Source of the DNA: an uncultured Candidatus Saccharibacteria bacterium
GTDB lineage: Bacteria > Patescibacteriota > Minisyncoccia > Phycocordibacterales > UBA9973
DNA: 36,514 nucleotides
Reading direction: 5' to 3'
NCBI GenBank assembly: GCA_964637995.1
Contig: CAZWXV010000005.1
Location: 1 to 36,514, forward strand
Position 1 is the first letter of the stretch, and the number at the start of each line of letters is the position of its first letter. This document shows, piece after piece, positions 1 to 8,423 of the stretch. A program made the position numbers and the translations under genes. The notes under the pieces were generated by a model. That model saw only the letters and a program-made list of their open reading frames with translations, was not told the origin of the DNA and searched no databases.

Positions 1-72
1 AAAAGTGGCGAGATTATCAATTAAAAGTGTCACCTCTGAAGGTTAACTAAACAGAGAGAGAAGGGCTTAATT

Positions 73-100
73 TTGCAATTATCCGTAAAAATGTTATATT
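73..100 (+). promoter_or_regulatory. sigma70-like promoter of tRNA-Glu(TTC)
   Basis: TTGCAA (73-78), 16 nt spacer, TG-n-TATATT (95-100), 9 nt before the tRNA. Confidence 0.55.
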
Positions 101-109
101 TTCCCCATT

Positions 110-181
110 GGCCCTATCGTCTAACGGTCAGGACATCGGCTTTTCAAGCCGGTAATCCGGGTTCGATTCCCGGTAGGGTCA
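110..181 (+). tRNA. tRNA-Glu (anticodon TTC), CCA not encoded
   Basis: Acceptor GGCCCTA/TAGGGTC, anticodon arm TCGGC-TT TTC AA-GCCGG, T-loop GGTTCGATTCC. Confidence 0.97.
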
Positions 182-352
182 CCGCTACAAAACTGAGCGC
201 TCACAAGAGCGCCTTTTTTGTGCGGTGACCCTAAGCAAGTAAACTGCTTTACTTGCGTCCGGGAAGCGAAAAGCTTTTTAGTATTTATGAAAAATTTATT
301 TTGAATAAATTTAAAAAGGTATACTGTTCCCGTAGGGAAAGATTCCCGGTAG
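165..352 (+). mobile_element. tRNA 3'-end-duplicating hairpin-rich mini-element (putative)
   Basis: Direct repeat GATTCCCGGTAG at 165-176 and 341-352; inverted copy of the tRNA 3' end at 222-233 and 259-270; several internal hairpins. Confidence 0.5.
197..219 (+). terminator. intrinsic terminator after tRNA-Glu
   Basis: GCGCTC-ACAA-GAGCGC followed by CTTTTTT. Confidence 0.65.
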
Positions 353-391
353 TGATTTTAAAAATTTAGTAACTTGTGACCACATAAGCCA

Positions 392-420
392 GGACTCGCA
401 AGGACAGTCCTTGCGGACTC
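392..420. repeat. short palindrome CGCAAGGAC-A-GTCCTTGCG flanked by GGACTC direct repeats
   Basis: 9-bp arms with 1-nt centre (397-415); GGACTC at 392-397 and 415-420. Confidence 0.6.
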
Positions 421-470
421 ATAAAATAGTGTTATTATTATGTAAATAATGACTTTAACTAAAAAACAGA

Positions 471-1694
471 ATGGTTAAAAAAATATCAAAAATAAAACAG
501 CCAAAGAAGTTAAAAAAGGGAGAAGTAAACACGAACATAGATTCTTTCAGGCACATACAGAATATCTTTGAGAATAATATTTTTCTTCACGAAATATCAA
601 TTAAGGAAATTGGGAAACAGGCCCAAAAATATGATAGTAGAAATCTTAAACCGTTTTTAGATATATTGAAGAATAAAGCTAAGGAAAATAAAAAACACAC
701 CAAGGACAAAATAAAACTTAAATTTTCAAAAAGTGAATTACGCAATGCCTCTCAAGTATTTGAGAATGTCATAAAAACACAACCATTACAAGCACATTTA
801 TTTTCAAAAAATACTATAGTATCAATGGTTTCAACTATAGATATTCTACTTTCAAAATTGTTTAGTTTTTATTATAAAAAATACCCAAAAAAATTATCTC
901 TAGAAAATCAATCAATCAGGTTTGAAGAGTTGGAAAATATAGAAAATGTGGAAGAAGCTCAGAAGTTTTTAATTGATAGAGAAATAGAAACTCTGTTAAT
1001 TGAACAGGGGTTAGATCGAAAACTGAAAGTTTTAAGAAAAGATATGGCTCTTAATTTAGACCCAATCAATAAAAATTTAGAAGATCTAAAAAAGTTGATA
1101 AAAATAAGAAATCTTATAGTTCACAATGAAGGAAGAATGGATAAGGAGTATATCAAAAAGTATGGAGACAAAAAAAGCGAACTAAATAAGGACATTATAA
1201 TAGCAGACAAATACTTAAATGATTCGCTTTTATTATTATATTTCATTGGAACTTACATTATTCAAGAAGCTCAGCTTAATTTTTCTGAAGAAATTAAAAA
1301 GAAAAACTTCTTACTAATTAACCCATTGCATTATTTAGTAAAACATGAACAATATCATTTATTAAGACCCATATACAATTTTATTTCAAACCCCAAAATA
1401 AATGCTTCTGAAAAGAAATATATAGTCATTAATTATTGTACTGGATTAAAAAAACAAGGTAAGAAATTGCAAGATATTGAAAAGGTTTTAGAGCTAGAAG
1501 ATTGGAGTTTAACCAGAGATGATTTTGATATGTGTAAAGCTGCCTTATTGGATAAACATACAGTATTTTATAAATACTTAAAAAAATTAATCAAAGCAAA
1601 AACCGTAGGAAAAGAAGAAATAGACGATTGGGCAATTTTCGCTTTTTATAAAAACAAATCTGAATTTAAATCAATAATTAAAAATGCTAAATAG
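471..1694 (+). CDS. AT-rich hypothetical protein with HEPN-like RxxxxH motif (putative RNase/defence effector)
   Basis: 407-aa ORF, motif RNLIVH preceded by helical segments, much lower GC than neighbours, next to a tRNA. Confidence 0.6.
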   Translation: MVKKISKIKQPKKLKKGEVNTNIDSFRHIQNIFENNIFLHEISIKEIGKQAQKYDSRNLKPFLDILKNKAKENKKHTKDKIKLKFSKSELRNASQVFENVIKTQPLQAHLFSKNTIVSMVSTIDILLSKLFSFYYKKYPKKLSLENQSIRFEELENIENVEEAQKFLIDREIETLLIEQGLDRKLKVLRKDMALNLDPINKNLEDLKKLIKIRNLIVHNEGRMDKEYIKKYGDKKSELNKDIIIADKYLNDSLLLLYFIGTYIIQEAQLNFSEEIKKKNFLLINPLHYLVKHEQYHLLRPIYNFISNPKINASEKKYIVINYCTGLKKQGKKLQDIEKVLELEDWSLTRDDFDMCKAALLDKHTVFYKYLKKLIKAKTVGKEEIDDWAIFAFYKNKSEFKSIIKNAK

Positions 1695-1766
1695 GGATAA
1701 TTAAAGCCTTAATATCTCTTATACTGCCAGCAATAAGATTCCAATTCGTAATACAATAGGTCACTC

Positions 1767-2963
1767 ATGGAACCTCAAGAAAACTCTCCAAAAAGATTTC
1801 TCAACGTGCATCCGGACGTGCTCAAACTCGGCGCAGTAAGTTTTTTAACCGACCTCTCCTCCGAGAGCATTTTCTCGGTCTTCTCCGTTTTCTTTACCGT
1901 CATAGTCGGCGCGCCGGCGTCGCTTTTGGGCGTGGTGGAAGGCATCTCCGACCTGTCGGCTTCTTCGCTTGATTATGTTTCCGGCTGGCTCTCGGACCGG
2001 TCCGGAAAGCGGAAACCGCTCTCAATCTCGGGCTATGGATTCTCCACTCTGGCGAAACTGATGCTACTTCTGCCGGCCTCGACCCTCTCCCTCGCATCTT
2101 TTCGGGTCATCGAACGTTTGGGCAAGAGTTTCCGCGGGCCGCCCAGGGATGCCTGGCTCTCGTCCGTAGCGGAGAGCAGTAATAGGGGCTACGCCTTTGC
2201 CCTCCACAAGGCGCTCGACAAAGCGGGGGCAATACTCGGGCCTCTGGTGGCTTATTTTCTGCTACGCGCCTTCGGAGAGAATATGAGCACTTTCAGGATA
2301 CTTTTTATTTTCGCGGTGCTTACCGCGGCGCTTGCGGTCGTGGTTCTCTCTAGGATGAAGGACCGCCCGGGCACCCCTCACGAGCGGGAAAATATTTTTA
2401 AAGCCTGGCGCACGCTTTCCAAAAGCTTTAAAATTTTTCTCATACCGGCGGGAATTTTTTCTCTGGCATATTTCAGCTTCGGGTTTTTACTGCTCCGAGC
2501 GTACCAAGCGGGCTTCGCGATGGCCGATGTGGTACTCCTCTACGCGCTTTTCAATATCTCCTTCGTAGTTTTCTCCGTGCCCATCGGCAAGCTGGGGGAC
2601 AGGGTCGGACGGAAGCTCATAGTTGTTTCCGGCTACATTCTTTACATCGCGATGACGCTCGGATTTATTTTCGCCCAAACGAAAGGGGAGATAATAATCC
2701 TATTTATAGTTTTCGGGATTTTTTATACTATTGACGAAGCGCAGGGCAAAGCGTTTATCGCGGACATGGAGCCGGAGAGAAGAGCGACGGCGGTGGGCTT
2801 TTACAACTTTGCAAACGGCCTCATTTATCTCTTGGCATCAGTCATCGCCGGAGCGCTCTGGGTCTTAAATCCCGCCTACGCGTTTGCTTTTGCCGCCGCG
2901 GTCGCACTGGTCGCTCTGCTTGCATTTTTAACGCTTCAGTCTAGAATGTCAGCATATGTATAA
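1767..2963 (+). CDS. MFS transporter
   Basis: About 12 hydrophobic segments; MFS motif A in both halves (GWLSDRSGKRK, GKLGDRVGRK). Confidence 0.92.
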   Translation: MEPQENSPKRFLNVHPDVLKLGAVSFLTDLSSESIFSVFSVFFTVIVGAPASLLGVVEGISDLSASSLDYVSGWLSDRSGKRKPLSISGYGFSTLAKLMLLLPASTLSLASFRVIERLGKSFRGPPRDAWLSSVAESSNRGYAFALHKALDKAGAILGPLVAYFLLRAFGENMSTFRILFIFAVLTAALAVVVLSRMKDRPGTPHERENIFKAWRTLSKSFKIFLIPAGIFSLAYFSFGFLLLRAYQAGFAMADVVLLYALFNISFVVFSVPIGKLGDRVGRKLIVVSGYILYIAMTLGFIFAQTKGEIIILFIVFGIFYTIDEAQGKAFIADMEPERRATAVGFYNFANGLIYLLASVIAGALWVLNPAYAFAFAAAVALVALLAFLTLQSRMSAYV

Positions 2964-3450
2964 AGTTAAAAGGTTTGAAGTTTTTCACTTGTTTTTCGGA
3001 ATTGTCGGCTTGCTTATATTAGAGGGTGTCTTATTGCAATTTCTGCCATTGACTGGCACGGAAGAAGAGACGATTATTATCTCGTTTACCATTATTGGAA
3101 CGATAGCCAATATGTATGTCGCCATTCAAGCTATTGAAAAAGTGAATAGCCGTTTATCTATGCTTATGTTCCTGTTTCTTATCATTTTAGAGTTTATTGC
3201 TTTTTTCGCTTTTGAGTATTGGTATCTTATACTATTTGAGCCGACGAGTTTCCCTACGGTCGCACCCGATATGTTGAGCCTGCTTTTTCATAGCACCATG
3301 GTATTTGTTTTTAACCCGCTTTTTCTGCCGGCGACGGCAGCAGGAAAGATTCTTCTGCTCGTCAACACTTTAAGTTCCCTTGCTATCGTTATTTTTATAC
3401 TCCAAAACATTTGGCAGTTGCACCATCTGCCCCGCGCAGAACAGCTGTAG
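2956..3450 (+). CDS. membrane protein, possibly degenerate Ion_trans_2-like
   Basis: 164 aa, 4-5 hydrophobic segments, 8-nt overlap with the MFS gene. Confidence 0.65.
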   Translation: MYKVKRFEVFHLFFGIVGLLILEGVLLQFLPLTGTEEETIIISFTIIGTIANMYVAIQAIEKVNSRLSMLMFLFLIILEFIAFFAFEYWYLILFEPTSFPTVAPDMLSLLFHSTMVFVFNPLFLPATAAGKILLLVNTLSSLAIVIFILQNIWQLHHLPRAEQL

Positions 3451-3464
3451 CATTTATCAATTTG

Positions 3465-3551
3465 CGGAGGCGGTGAGATTTGAACTCACGATTGGTTTGC
3501 ACCAATGCCGGTTTTCGAAACCGGTGCCTTCAACCACTCAGCCACGCCTCC
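3465..3551 (-). tRNA. tRNA-Ser (anticodon CGA), long variable arm, CCA not encoded
   Basis: Minus strand GGAGGCG...CGCCTCC-G, anticodon arm CCGGT-TT CGA AA-ACCGG, variable arm ATTGGT-GCAA-ACCAAT, T-loop GTTCAAATC. Confidence 0.96.
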
Positions 3552-3686
3552 TCGCTCCGCTCGTCGGCATGGCTTCGTGTCCTTCGGACACTCCCTATGC
3601 CTGATGCTAAAGCATAGCAGGCATTTTTTGCTTTTGCAAAAACCAGATGAAATATGAAGCAGTTCATATTTCATAGCCACGCCTCC
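3540..3686 (-). mobile_element. tRNA 5'-end-duplicating hairpin-rich mini-element (putative)
   Basis: AGCCACGCCTCC at 3540-3551 and 3675-3686; inverted copy GGCATGGCT at 3566-3574; four internal hairpins. Confidence 0.5.
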
Positions 3687-3714
3687 GTAAGGTGCTCTGT
3701 TATATTACGCTATT

Positions 3715-4641
3715 TTACTTTGCGTTCAAGTGGAGATATATATCTTCCAGCGCGCGGACGGCGTCGCCGGCGGCGATGTTGTTCTGGTGATACAGAACAT
3801 TGGTCGCGTCGCCGGCGGCCCAGATGCCCGGTACCTCGGTTTTCTGGTCCCAGGCGTTGATTTTTATCCGCCCGATTTCGTCGAGCGGCACGAGGCCTTT
3901 TACGAGGTCGGTGTTCGGCAACTGGCCGACTTCCACAAATATGCCCGCGACTTTCAATTCTTTTGTTTTACCGCTCACCTTATCTTTATATACGAGCCCA
4001 TCCACAAATTTATCGCCGGTGACTTCGAGGATATCCGTGTTCTTGAGCACGCTCATTTTGGGATTCTTCAAAACTTTTTCCACGGTCACCTCGTCCGCCT
4101 TAAAGTTCTCGCCGCGTATGAGGAGCGTAACGGATTTGCAGTAAGCCAGAAGCTGAGCGGCCGTTTCAAAGCCGGCGTTGCCGCCGCCCACCACGGCCAC
4201 GTCCATATCCGCAAAGAGCGGACCGTCGCAGGAAGCGCAATAGGTGAGGCCCTTATTCTCGAGCCGGTCCGCGCCTTTCGCGGTGAGCTTTCTGCGCAGG
4301 CTGCCGGTGGTTATTAAAATAGTTTTAGCCTCAAATTCCTTTCCGGTTTCCGTGGTTACAGAAAAAATGTCGCCCTTTTTGGCTACCGATTTCACTTTTT
4401 CCCCTTCCTTTACCTCCAAACTGTCGCCCACATTGGCCATGACGTGCTTTTTGAAATTTTCCGCCAGTTCGTTTCCGGAAAGGGAAACGGTGCCTATCCA
4501 GTTAAAAATTTGCTCGGAAACCACGCTTTGTCCGCCCCACTCGGCAGTAATAAAAAGCGCCTTCATGCGCTTCCGGGCGGCGTACACGGCGGCTGCGGTG
4601 CCTCCCGGCCCTCCGCCGATAATTATCAAATCGTAAGTCAT
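3715..4641 (-). CDS. trxB: thioredoxin reductase-like FAD/NAD(P)H disulfide oxidoreductase (TrxB/AhpF C-terminal family)
   Basis: GGGPGG FAD motif, CASCDG redox centre, VVGGGNAG NAD(P)H motif, GIWAAGD. Confidence 0.88.
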   Translation of the reverse strand: MTYDLIIIGGGPGGTAAAVYAARKRMKALFITAEWGGQSVVSEQIFNWIGTVSLSGNELAENFKKHVMANVGDSLEVKEGEKVKSVAKKGDIFSVTTETGKEFEAKTILITTGSLRRKLTAKGADRLENKGLTYCASCDGPLFADMDVAVVGGGNAGFETAAQLLAYCKSVTLLIRGENFKADEVTVEKVLKNPKMSVLKNTDILEVTGDKFVDGLVYKDKVSGKTKELKVAGIFVEVGQLPNTDLVKGLVPLDEIGRIKINAWDQKTEVPGIWAAGDATNVLYHQNNIAAGDAVRALEDIYLHLNAK

Positions 4642-4769
4642 TTTTCAATTATAACATACAAAGGCGCGCATAATAATTTTAGAGCACACATAAAATTCTG
4701 CAGAATTTTTGTTCATGCTCAGCCCGTCGGCCTCCGCAAGTCTCTAAAATCATCACGCGCGCCTTAATG

Positions 4770-5954
4770 CTATTTCTTATTGCGTCGGAGAAATGCCGGT
4801 ACGGCGCTCCAGTCACTATCCTCATCTTCTATGATTACTTCTTCCTTTTGTTCTTTTTTATCGGACTTCTTTACAAAATCATTCGCGCCGGCAGACCCGA
4901 GTATCGTGTTATGTATTTCCTTTTTTGCGGCAGTAGCGTTGTCTTCTTTTAAGGGTGTGCCCGTGCCTAAGCCAAACAGGCTTTTTCTTGGCATGTCCGT
5001 AGGGAAGCTCGTGGCGATGACGGTGACCTTGATTTCGCCCTTTTTAAGCTTGGGGTCATGGATGGTTCCAAAGATGACCTTGGCGTCTTTGTCGATTGAT
5101 TCCGTGATGATTTTCGCGGCTTCCTGTATTTCGCTGATAGTGAGTTCGTCCTCGCCGCCGGAAATGGCAAACAGCACGCCCTTGGCCCCGTGGATGGAAA
5201 CTTCGAGGAGCGGGGAGTTGATGGCCGCAAGCGCCGCTTTCTCCGCGCGTTTCTCGCCGGAGGCGCTTCCGATGCCCATCAAAGCCGAACCGGCATTGGC
5301 CATCACGGCCTTGATGTCCGCAAAGTCCACATTGATGACACCCGGAGTGGTTATGAGGTCGGCGATGCCTTCCACCGCCTGCCTCAATACATCGTCGCAT
5401 TTCCGGAAAGCATCTTTAAAGTTTATGTTTTTTTCCGCGAGCTGAAGCAGTTTGTCATTTGGGATGATTATAATGGCGTCGACTTCCTTCGCGAGCTCCT
5501 CGATGCCTTTCTCGGCGATTTTCATACGCTGACTGCCTTCGAAGAAGAACGGCTTGGTGACTACTGCAACCGTGAGTATGCCTTGTTCCCGCGCAGCGCG
5601 CGCCACGATAGGCGCTGCGCCCGTGCCCGTGCCGCCGCCCATACCGCAGGCAAGGAATATCATATCCGCGCCTTTGACCACGTCCTGTATCTCGGACTTG
5701 GTTTCTTCCGCAGCCTTTTTGCCGATATCCGGATCCATGCCGGCGCCCAGGCCTTTGGTGAGATTTTTACCGATATGTATCTTTTTCTCCGCGAGCGAGT
5801 GATGCAGGTCCTGCGTGTCCGTGTTCATGGCTATGAAGGTCACACCCCTGACCTTCTCATTTATCATATGATTTACAGCGTTTTTTCCGGATCCGCCGAT
5901 ACCGACGACCATAATGCGGGCAAAACTCTCGATGGCTTGGTTTACTTTTGGCAT
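4770..5954 (-). CDS. ftsZ: cell division GTPase FtsZ
   Basis: GMGGGTGTG tubulin signature, NVDFAD T7 loop, C-terminal VPAFLR peptide. Confidence 0.99.
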   Translation of the reverse strand: MPKVNQAIESFARIMVVGIGGSGKNAVNHMINEKVRGVTFIAMNTDTQDLHHSLAEKKIHIGKNLTKGLGAGMDPDIGKKAAEETKSEIQDVVKGADMIFLACGMGGGTGTGAAPIVARAAREQGILTVAVVTKPFFFEGSQRMKIAEKGIEELAKEVDAIIIIPNDKLLQLAEKNINFKDAFRKCDDVLRQAVEGIADLITTPGVINVDFADIKAVMANAGSALMGIGSASGEKRAEKAALAAINSPLLEVSIHGAKGVLFAISGGEDELTISEIQEAAKIITESIDKDAKVIFGTIHDPKLKKGEIKVTVIATSFPTDMPRKSLFGLGTGTPLKEDNATAAKKEIHNTILGSAGANDFVKKSDKKEQKEEVIIEDEDSDWSAVPAFLRRNKK

Positions 5955-6034
5955 AATTTTTCTTGCGACTTGATAGTTAACTTATATAAATACTACACTA
6001 ACAGAAAGCAGGAAAAAGTAAAGCCAAGAAAATC

Positions 6035-7198
6035 TTAAGGCATGAGCTGTTTCAGGCCCGACTTCAGGCTGTTGCGGAGGTCGCGTAGCATTCTGGGCAG
6101 GGTACCCGTAGAAAAGGTTCCGCCTGCTTTGCCCACGGAAAGAAGGCCGAGTGCCGGGAACCAAACCGACTGGCGGAGCTTGGTCTTGGTATTGCTGAAG
6201 ACTTCGGTCGTGCCGACCGAAGAGGGCAGTTTGAGCATGGATTTCGATAATTCCAAAAGTCCGGGTGTGCCCGAGCCGCCGCCGATGAAGACCACTCCCG
6301 CGGGCAGAAGCTCGGAACGTTTTATCTTCTTAAAATGATTATCGATTGATTCAAAAATGTCGCACAGCCGCGCCTCGATTATTTCCTCAAGTTTCTTTTT
6401 TGGAATTTCTTCGTCCGATGTTCCCAGCTTCAAGCTTTCGGCGAGTTCAAGCGGAATTTTTAGGCCCAAGGCGATATCGTTCGTGATATCCGTGGAACCG
6501 ATGGAAAAAGTGTGCACGGATACCAGGAAGCCGTTCTCAAAAACAGACACAGAGGACTTCTCCGCGCCTATATCTACCAGGGCCACGCCCACTATTTTTT
6601 GTTTTTCGGAAAGGCACAAACCCTCCGCGGCTACCGGAGAAGCTATTATGTCAATGGTTTCCACGCCTGCTTCGGCCAAGGCTCCCAGGAGGTCTTCCAG
6701 ATGCACCAAAGAATACGTGACAAAAAGCGCTTTTATTTCGAGCTTGGTGCCCCGCATGCCTTCCAGCCGGCCTTGCACTTCCTTGCCATCCAGCCGGAAG
6801 GACACGGGGTATGTGTGCACTATTTTCTTGTTGTTCAAAGAGAGGTTTTCCTCCGCGTCTTCCAGTGCTTTCTGTATGTCGAGCGCAGTGACTTCGCCGT
6901 CGGCTTTGGAAATTATCGCCGAGCCCGCGCCGGTCTCGCCCCGAAGCGTGGCGCCCGAGAGCGCTACGAAGGCGCGTTTGACCCTTACTCCTGAGGATTT
7001 TTCCGCGGCGCTGACCGCATTCTTGATCGAAGCTATGGCCTGCGCCGAATTTACCACGTAACCATGGCGTATGCCGAAAGCGGGCGCTTCGCCCACGCCC
7101 AAAACCTTAGGACTCGTTTCTCCTTTTTGGAATTCTCCCACCACGACGCGGATTACGGATGACCCTACGTCTATCCCGACTGAAATATTTCTTATCAT
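6035..7198 (-). CDS. ftsA: cell division protein FtsA
   Basis: GIDVGSS and LVDIGA actin-like phosphate loops, ITNDIA, GGGS; directly upstream of ftsZ. Confidence 0.96.
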   Translation of the reverse strand: MIRNISVGIDVGSSVIRVVVGEFQKGETSPKVLGVGEAPAFGIRHGYVVNSAQAIASIKNAVSAAEKSSGVRVKRAFVALSGATLRGETGAGSAIISKADGEVTALDIQKALEDAEENLSLNNKKIVHTYPVSFRLDGKEVQGRLEGMRGTKLEIKALFVTYSLVHLEDLLGALAEAGVETIDIIASPVAAEGLCLSEKQKIVGVALVDIGAEKSSVSVFENGFLVSVHTFSIGSTDITNDIALGLKIPLELAESLKLGTSDEEIPKKKLEEIIEARLCDIFESIDNHFKKIKRSELLPAGVVFIGGGSGTPGLLELSKSMLKLPSSVGTTEVFSNTKTKLRQSVWFPALGLLSVGKAGGTFSTGTLPRMLRDLRNSLKSGLKQLMP

Positions 7199-7514
7199 AT
7201 TTTTCTTCCTCTCTCCCCATCTTACTACTATGTTGGCCGCCTTTCAAATGAAGCATGCCGTGGATAACCAGGAACCCCAAAAATTGCTCGAAGGTTCGCC
7301 CGAAATTTTTCGCCTCCTTCTTTATCACCCCGGGGCAGAGGACCAGCTCGCCCATATCTTTGCGCAATGGAAAAGCAAGGACATTGGTTGCCTTGTCTTT
7401 TTTCCTGTATTTTTTGTTTAGTTCCCGGGATTTGGCGGGCGTGACGTACGCTATGGACAGGGAATAGTTTTTTCCCAAAATATCGTTTTTCATTCTCGCA
7501 AACTTTTTTTCCAT
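7107..7514 (-). CDS. ybeY: rRNA maturation endoribonuclease YbeY
   Basis: LNKKYRKKDKATNVLAF and HGMLHLKGGQH (H-x3-H-x5-H) motifs. Confidence 0.9.
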   Translation of the reverse strand: MEKKFARMKNDILGKNYSLSIAYVTPAKSRELNKKYRKKDKATNVLAFPLRKDMGELVLCPGVIKKEAKNFGRTFEQFLGFLVIHGMLHLKGGQHSSKMGREEEKYDKKYFSRDRRRVIRNPRRGGRIPKRRNES

Positions 7515-7517
7515 ACG

Positions 7518-7757
7518 CTACCTGGTCTTAGTCACTATTTTGCCCAGCTTCTTGAGTTTCTCTATTTCCTTGCGCCGCTGCATGCGCTTGAGCGCGCTTT
7601 TTTTGACCTTGAGCTTGGATTCTTTTCTCTCGTTGTAGCGGGAGCTTTTGACTCTACGTATTATGCCGGACTCCTGAATGCGGCGCGAAAAGCGGCGCAG
7701 GACGCTGGAATTATTCTCGTTCGGATTTTTCCTGACCTCGATAACTGTTTTAGCCAT
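7518..7757 (-). CDS. rpsU: 30S ribosomal protein bS21
   Basis: 79 aa, basic, pattern V-x-K-x3-E...LRRFSRR-x3-SGI. Confidence 0.85.
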   Translation of the reverse strand: MAKTVIEVRKNPNENNSSVLRRFSRRIQESGIIRRVKSSRYNERKESKLKVKKSALKRMQRRKEIEKLKKLGKIVTKTR

Positions 7758-7825
7758 GAACTATAGGTTACCATAAAAGAGATTTTAAGCAAGAGCTTGT
7801 AGCCGCGGGTATCGTCTCACTCGCT

Positions 7826-7890
7826 TTGACTTTTGCCCGTAAAAAGGGTAAATTTATGTTTAATCCCGTTTCTCGAAACGGGGTTTCATC
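7826..7890 (+). promoter_or_regulatory. greA promoter with leader hairpin
   Basis: TTGACT (7826-31), 17 nt, TAAATT (7849-54); CCCGTTT-CTCG-AAACGGG hairpin at 7865-7882. Confidence 0.55.
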
Positions 7891-7920
7891 GTTTAATTAC
7901 CAAAACTAAATTCCCAAACA

Positions 7921-8388
7921 ATGAACCAATCAGCCAATTACATTACCGCAGAGAAAAGAAAAGAGCTCCAGGCTGAACTTTTGGACCTTAAAGGGCCAAA
8001 GAGGAAGGAGATACTTGAGATTTTGGCGTATGCCAAGTCCCTGGGCGACCTTGCGGAAAATGCGGAATATCATCAGGCCCGCGAAGAGCAGGGCAAGCTC
8101 GAAACGCGTATCAAAAGGATAGAAGAGATTCTGGAGTCTTCCCATACAGTCAAGGGCGGCGGCGGGGATATCATCGAAATCGGCTCTACGGTGGTGGTGC
8201 AAAAAGTGGGCACCAAAGAAGAAAAAAAATATGTTATAGTAGGTTCACAGGAGGCGGATACGGTCAAAGGCAAAATTTCCAACCATTCTCCCATAGGCCG
8301 CGCGCTTTTCGGTAAGAAGAAAGGGGAAAGCGTTTCCTTCGAGACTCCTAGGGGTGCCGTCAATTACAAGATCATAAACGTCTCTTAA
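7921..8388 (+). CDS. greA: transcription elongation factor GreA
   Basis: GDLAENAEY motif, ISNHSPIGRAL. Confidence 0.97.
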   Translation: MNQSANYITAEKRKELQAELLDLKGPKRKEILEILAYAKSLGDLAENAEYHQAREEQGKLETRIKRIEEILESSHTVKGGGGDIIEIGSTVVVQKVGTKEEKKYVIVGSQEADTVKGKISNHSPIGRALFGKKKGESVSFETPRGAVNYKIINVS

Positions 8389-8423
8389 GCCCGAGCCCCG
8401 CTCAGGGCACAAATGTCTTTCTT

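Noticed and set aside
3380-3680. ORFs 3380-3604 (+) and 3486-3680 (-)
   Set aside because: They overlap tRNA-Ser and its hairpin element; not protein-like
4780-7061. Long plus-strand ORFs (4780-5445, 5190-6038, 6357-7061)
   Set aside because: Antisense shadows of ftsZ and ftsA with no motifs or start signals
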